The position numbers and the translations under genes were made by a program. DNA of 63,315 nucleotides from Nemertoderma westbladi (taxonomy: Eukaryota; Animalia; Xenacoelomorpha). Each line of letters starts with the position of its first letter. Position 1 is the stretch's first letter. The DNA lies in assembly GCA_032718475.1 (NCBI GenBank), contig JAUCBJ010006542.1, positions 1-63,315 of the forward strand. The letters run 5' to 3'. Of the stretch, positions 57,416-63,315 are shown piece by piece. A model generated the notes under the pieces. The model saw nothing but the letters and a program-made list of their open reading frames with translations, did no database searches and had not been told where the DNA came from.

Positions 57416-60037
57416 ATGGGCGATGTTGAACTTTTTCAGCGCAATAGAATAAGAGTGTCCCGTGATGGAACAATCAGTAGAGGGAGAGAACTGACTACGC
57501 TGTTATTATTCCTGGGGGTGATTCCAGTGATGACGATTGTTCGAGTGGTGATGATTTTGAAGGTTTTTCGTCAGGGTCTAGTAGCGATGGTGAAGATAGA
57601 TATCTGCAATTTTTAGGGTTTGTCCCGCAACAAGAGGAACAAACAAACTCAAGACAACCAGAAGTCAGCGTTGGTCCCATTGACCAGTCTGACAAAATTG
57701 AAATTTTCAATCCCAATGCGAGCATACGGTGGCGGAAAAGGCCACCTCAAGTTGTTGCATGTTAATTTTCAGGACCACTCTATGACCCTGAACCCGATAC
57801 TGAGTTATCTCCCGTAGATTATTTTAAGACTTTTTTTTTATGACAAACTAATTGATTATATTGCTGTTCAATCGATGCAGTATTCAGTATGAAAGGGAAC
57901 TGCCAATTTCAAGACAACTAAGAATGAAATAGAACAATATATTGGCATACTAATTTACATGGGCATTGTTAAGATGCCACAGTATAGAATGTATTGGCGT
58001 ATGGAAACTCGAATACCATATGTGGCTGATGTAATGCCCGTAAACCGTTTCGATTTAATCAAGCGGTTCTTTCACTTGAATGATAATGCGAAGGAACCGA
58101 AACGAAATAGTGATGCGGCTGATAAGCTGTGTATAAGATGAGTTTCAGTCGGTAGACGAGCAGATGATCCCAACTAAGGCTCGATCTGGTCTCAGGCAAT
58201 ATCTCCCCAATAAACCCCACAAGTGGGGTATAAAAGTATGGGCTTGTGCCAGTGCTACTGGTATTGTCCATGACTTTGAGGTATATGCAGGTGCTAAAAA
58301 GAAACAGTCAAATACCTTAGGGTCATCGCATCAGCAGTAAGAGGGGTCGGAAATTCCAGAAAGTTCCACATCAATTCAAGGTCGTGGTGCTAGAGATTAT
58401 GGTATAGCAGTAGGTCGCAGTAATAGGGGACGTGGATTAGCAGTAGGTCGAGGTGCTAGAGGACGTGGTGGGAATCGAGGAATTGGTCGTGTAACTAAAA
58501 ATAGATTAGCAACAGTTCGAGGTCGTGGTTTAGTCCACACGATACCAGCGGAGGTGATAGCTGGAGTCCAAACTCGAGGTGTTCCACATCCCCCCCAGAT
58601 AGACAATAGGGGTGGTCTCCCTTCACAGATTGACAGTGATGAATTAGACTTTGGTATAGGTGGAAACGTTGTAGTCAACCTAACAAAAACGTTGTAACCC
58701 AATTGCAGTTACAAAGTGTATTGTGACAACTATTTCACTACATTGAACATGTTTAGGTATTTAGCCACAAGGAGAATTTGGTGTGTTGGAACAATTAAGG
58801 CCAATCGTATAAGGGGGGCGGATCAGCTTCTGACAGATAAAGCGGAATTAAAAAAGAAGGGAAGGGGGCCATGGACTACTGTGTGGATGCGAACAGCAGC
58901 ACCACTCTCATTCGGTGGGTGGATAATGGGTTGGTGCAAATGGCGTCGTCACACTTAGGTCCAGAGCTGGGAGACCCAGCAAAAAGACCGGTCGGTTTTC
59001 AAGAAGACCCATATATATATCCCTAGGCCAGCAATGGTTTCTTCTTATAACAAGTACATGGGCGGGATCGACCTCTCGGACATGCTTATGGCTCTTTACA
59101 GGGTTCATCTAACAACAAGAAAATTGTGGATGTATATTTTCTATTATTGCGTTAGCCTCGCCATAGTAAATGGTTGGTTGTTGTATCGGAGACACTGTGC
59201 TCAGCTCAGTGAAACATCAAGAAGAAAGAAGTACTTTCCTTGAAAAACTTTCAGATGCAAATAGCCTGCAGCTTGATGCTCCGCAACAAAACCCATCGCA
59301 TAGCTGAGTTGAAGCGCGGTCGTCCTAGTTCATCTAGCCCTAATAACTCTGATGTTGAAATCGTTCGATCAATTACCGCTGTTTCAGAGGAAGAACATTC
59401 AGCCAATTCCTCCTAAAGATATAAGATATGACGATGTTGGTCACTACCCTATATTCACTGAAAAGCAAGGACGGTGTAGATACTGTCCATCAGGATACTC
59501 TCGGATTAAATGCACTAAATGCAATATCATCTTATGTCTGGTCAGTGGTCGTAACTGTTTTATTTCATTCCATGGTCAGTTGAACTATAATTCGATACGT
59601 CTTCCTTGCTAAATATTTGATTTTGACCAAATTTGAAAATTTGTTGCAATATAATATCGTTATGCAATATTTCGTTATCAATACATTATTCGATCAATAC
59701 ATATATTCTTTGTATAATGACGTTACACAACAACACTCCTTCAAAATTTTAAAATAATTAAACCGGATAATACATAATCATTGCCCCAGGACCCCAAGCA
59801 AAAGTATGCCGAGGCAGAAAACCCGGTAGAGTTGAATATTGTATTGCCAACAATAGTTTACGAAAAGTCCTCCGAGCGCATGGTGTTGTTCTAGAACGAC
59901 TTCTCTGTAACTTTTGAACTAGTTAATATTTTCGAAAATTTCTTTTTGAATCAAACTTAGTGTACAAAATGCTTTTAAAATCAAGATACAAATATTTTTT
60001 ATCGCTTGAAACAAAAAGTCATGCAGTAAAGGGTTAA
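57416..60037 (+). mobile_element. Decayed piggyBac DNA transposon (PGBD3-like transposase pseudogene about 57416-59612; right end AAAGGG|TTAA at 60028-60037)
   Basis: Fragments MGIVKMPQYRMYW, SVDEQMIP...QYLPNKPHKWGIK, FEVYAG, YCDNYFTT and YNKYMGGIDLSD, plus a C-terminal CRYC...CTKC...LC...CF..FH cysteine-rich domain. Many stops and frameshifts. The left TIR was not identified. Confidence 0.9.
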
Positions 60038-60535
60038 TCAAACTGTCTGTCTTAAATGTTTAACTGTCTTGTATCTTTTATCTTTTATCTTTTTTTTTTA
60101 TCTTTATATTTCTTTTATACTTTTATCTTGTATTTAATGTATAATACATCAATACAAATAAAAAAAAACAATTTTCACCTTATTTTAATAGAAAGATTTT
60201 TGTACATGAACATCTAAATAATTATAATATCCAAAGAAAAACGCTGACCAAGTGGGATAAAACTCATAAAAAACATCTCACCAAGTCAGACAATACTTTC
60301 TTAAACACAAATTTGTGTTCATACCAACTCGAAACGTAGTTTCTAAAATGGTTAGACCAGCTCGTGATAGAAAAGTGTAAACACATATGTGTTTTTACCA
60401 AGTTAATACAACAAAGAAATATATACATGACCAAGTCAATATTGTATTCTGAAAACACAAATATAAAACGCACCCGTCGTTGAGTCACAACCAACTGATA
60501 ATATGTGACAAAATAGCATCACCCAGCCATTAACT

Positions 60536-63315
60536 GTGTCTACCTTGCTGTGGAACGTAGAAGGACTAAAAACTGTACTAGAGTTAACATCCGACGATTT
60601 ATTTTCCGGGCCTGATATACTACTACTAACAGAGACTTTCGCAACAGTGGAACCAGATATCCCAGGGTTCTATACCTGGAGCACGGAGGCAATTAAACCA
60701 GCTGGGAGGGGGAGACCAATGGAGGGAATAACAGTGGCAGCTAAACCCCACATAAACCCGGAATTAGTTGGTAAATCTGCATCATTTGTAACAATTAAGT
60801 CAGACGTCGGAGTTTTTATTTGCTGCTACTTCGACCCAACCACGAGTAGTGATGAATTAGTGGATGGGGTGTATACTGCAATCGAATCTATACTAGCTGG
60901 CTACAACGGTCCCATTATATTGGGCGGCGATTTCAACGCTAGAATGGATACCCAGAACTGTAAAGCGGAGTGTCTACAATATCTCATGGAAGAATGTGTA
61001 TATGGTCTGGAACTACAGAACGATTTAACCCAACCTACCTATTATTGTCACAACAGATCGAGTCTGATAGATTTAATATTCTCAAATCAGAAGGTTACTT
61101 CAATAGATTACCATATAAATGGATTAAGGAAACACGTACCACTTAGAATGGGTTGGTAACTGACCCGCATCAACGACCAACAAAACCTACCTAAGGGAAA
61201 TGTCCAAAGGAAAACAAAGCGAGAACTCGACTTGGAAAATCTTGAAGTGGACCCCAGGTTGTCCCAAGCGTTTAACTTATTGTCGGAGTTCGATCAGGAT
61301 ATCGACTCGGCGTACACAAATACTGCCGATGCAATTAAAGATTCGGCGGTACCTCTTAAAGTTACAGCGAAATTAAATCCCTGGTTTGATGCGGAATGTT
61401 TTAACCGACGACGGGAAGTAATAATGCTCCATCATAGGGCCAAAGTTGATCCCGCCCAACGCGAATTCCTGTGCATATCGAAACGATCATATAAACTCAT
61501 ATTAAAGGGTAAACAAGCAGCCTACGTCAAAATACAAGAGGAAAAACTGATCGCTAATGCGGAATCCGAACCATACAAATGGTGGCAGAAACGCGGACTG
61601 GAACCCCCTTGCCCAGTCCCATTAGAAAAGAAGGTGGGAGAGACATTTTAGTGACCTCCTTTCTGACTCGACTGCCGACACACCCAGCCGAAATCTATCG
61701 CAGTCCGTGCCGGATGACGATGGCGACGATCTTCCGTATAACGCTCCCTTTACCCCCGAGGAAGTAGAGGGAGAGTTCCGAAAGAAACCGAACCGGAAGT
61801 CCGGGGGACCCGATCTCCTCCCGTACGAACTCCTGAAGGCCGCACTCCCATTAACTCTTAACTTTTCGGTGACACTATTTAATATATGTTTCATTTCAAT
61901 GCGTATGGTATCCACGTGGACACTTAGTTTGTGTAAAGTACTGTACAAAGGTAAGGGATCTCGCAACGAACCGGACAATTATCGAGGCATAGCATTGTTG
62001 TGCAATGCATACAAGGTTCTAACTGGCCTCGTAGCTCGTCGCCTACGCACCGCCTTCCGACACAAGATACCCATAGAACAATTCGGATTCCTGCCGGGAA
62101 AATCTACAGCGCAACCAATCCAGCAATTACTCAAGGATATAAACTATAACCTAAACCAACCCAGGAGACCTATCTATGCATGCTTTGTAGACTTCAGGAG
62201 AGCGTTCGATTCCATTCCAAGATCCAAACTCATTGATAAACTGCAGCGATTATTTGGGCTGAAAGGACGCATGCTGAGGTTTATACAACTTTTACTCTCT
62301 ACAAATTATATTCAAGTATTCGATGGGTTGCGGAAGATGAAACCTATAAGTCAGCTGATCGGTCTATTACAAGGAGATACACTGAGTCCTTATCTATTTA
62401 TATTATATATCGCTGATCTTGTGGACGCACTCAAACTTTACTACTTTAGTACTACTACAGCTACTTTAGTAATTCTATTGTTTGCAGACGACTTACTATT
62501 TTACTCACGCACTAGAGACGGTCTGCAGGCCGGGCTCGATGCTCTATCGGAGTGGGCAGCTCTGAACGGACTACAGGTGAATCTTAAGACAACGTCGCCC
62601 GGGGTGGACAACTATGTAAAACGGATAAGTTCGACTACAATGGGCAACCTGTAGAAATTCGAAATGCATACACTTATTTAGGCGTCACCTTCCAAACAAC
62701 ATTATCATTTTCGAAACACATTTCAAATATCTGCTGCAAATCTATAATGTCTATACATAGTATCAAAAACCCGCGTTTTCTATCCCTGACAACAGCTATT
62801 AAAGTCTTCAATATCAAGATTCGACCCACGGTAACTTATAATTTTCATTTACTTTGGCCGCATTTGAGTACAACAAACCTTCATACAATCGACAGAGTGA
62901 AAACGAATTTCCTAAAGAAAACCCTCGGTCTGCATAAAAGTTCTCGGAATCGCCTGGTGATAGCGCTATGCGGAGTAAACACCTTTGTTGAAGACATCGT
63001 TCTGCAACTGAGTTTAAACGATACGGATGCCCTCCGGAAATACCGTACGGATATCGCCACAAAGAAGCTGGAAATACCGGTCGAATTCTGGAACAGTCCT
63101 GCATTCCAGAACCGGACATGGACAGAACCATACCAAACCGGTCGACATGTTACTACCAGGGTATCTATCCACGGATTCCACCATTAAATCTGTGCGATAT
63201 CGAAATTCCACACCCCTAACCCAGAGAACTGTGTGTGTATGCTGTGCGGAAACCCAGCCCCACTCTACTACTTACTGAAATGTCAAAAAAACACGAAATC
63301 GTTAACTTCATGGGC
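60536..63315 (+). mobile_element. Non-LTR retrotransposon (APE endonuclease, RT and C-terminal Cys/His domain), frameshifted; clade uncertain, possibly RTE-X-like; runs to the window edge
   Basis: APE motifs WNVEGL, LTET, GGDFNAR and IDLIF. RT motifs QFGFLPGKST, FVDFRRAFDS, GLLQGDTLSPYLF and LFADD. The C-terminus reads HGFHH...C...FH...CVCMLC. It is broken into at least four ORFs. Confidence 0.9.

Overview
Eukaryotic, almost certainly animal, genomic DNA rich in repeats; the species cannot be determined from the sequence. It holds three recognisable host genes, each a single uninterrupted ORF: a PQ-loop lysosomal amino-acid transporter (PQLC2/SLC66A1/LAAT-1 type, 5517-6569 +), an SH3BGR-family protein with a long repetitive tail (10099-11931 -), and a full-length 2785-aa neurofibromin (NF1, 21249-29606 -). 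NF1 normally has tens of introns. An orphan zinc-finger/acidic ORF with a CCAAT-TATA-Inr promoter runs into a 21-bp palindromic minisatellite. About 450 bp upstream of the NF1 start codon lies a 25.7-kb satellite of 55/42-bp units with layered variants and higher-order repeats; it appears to derive from the subterminal repeats of a PIF/Harbinger-like element, and its giant ORFs are artefacts. Decayed mobile elements include a BEL/Pao LTR element split by an RTE LINE, a piggyBac, a second APE+RT LINE and several MITE families sharing one internal core. The two most notable signals are the absence of introns in all host coding sequences and a small element at 839-1124 in which a hammerhead ribozyme sits in place of the anticodon arm of a tRNA-like Pol III cassette, flanked by a perfect 54-bp inverted repeat.
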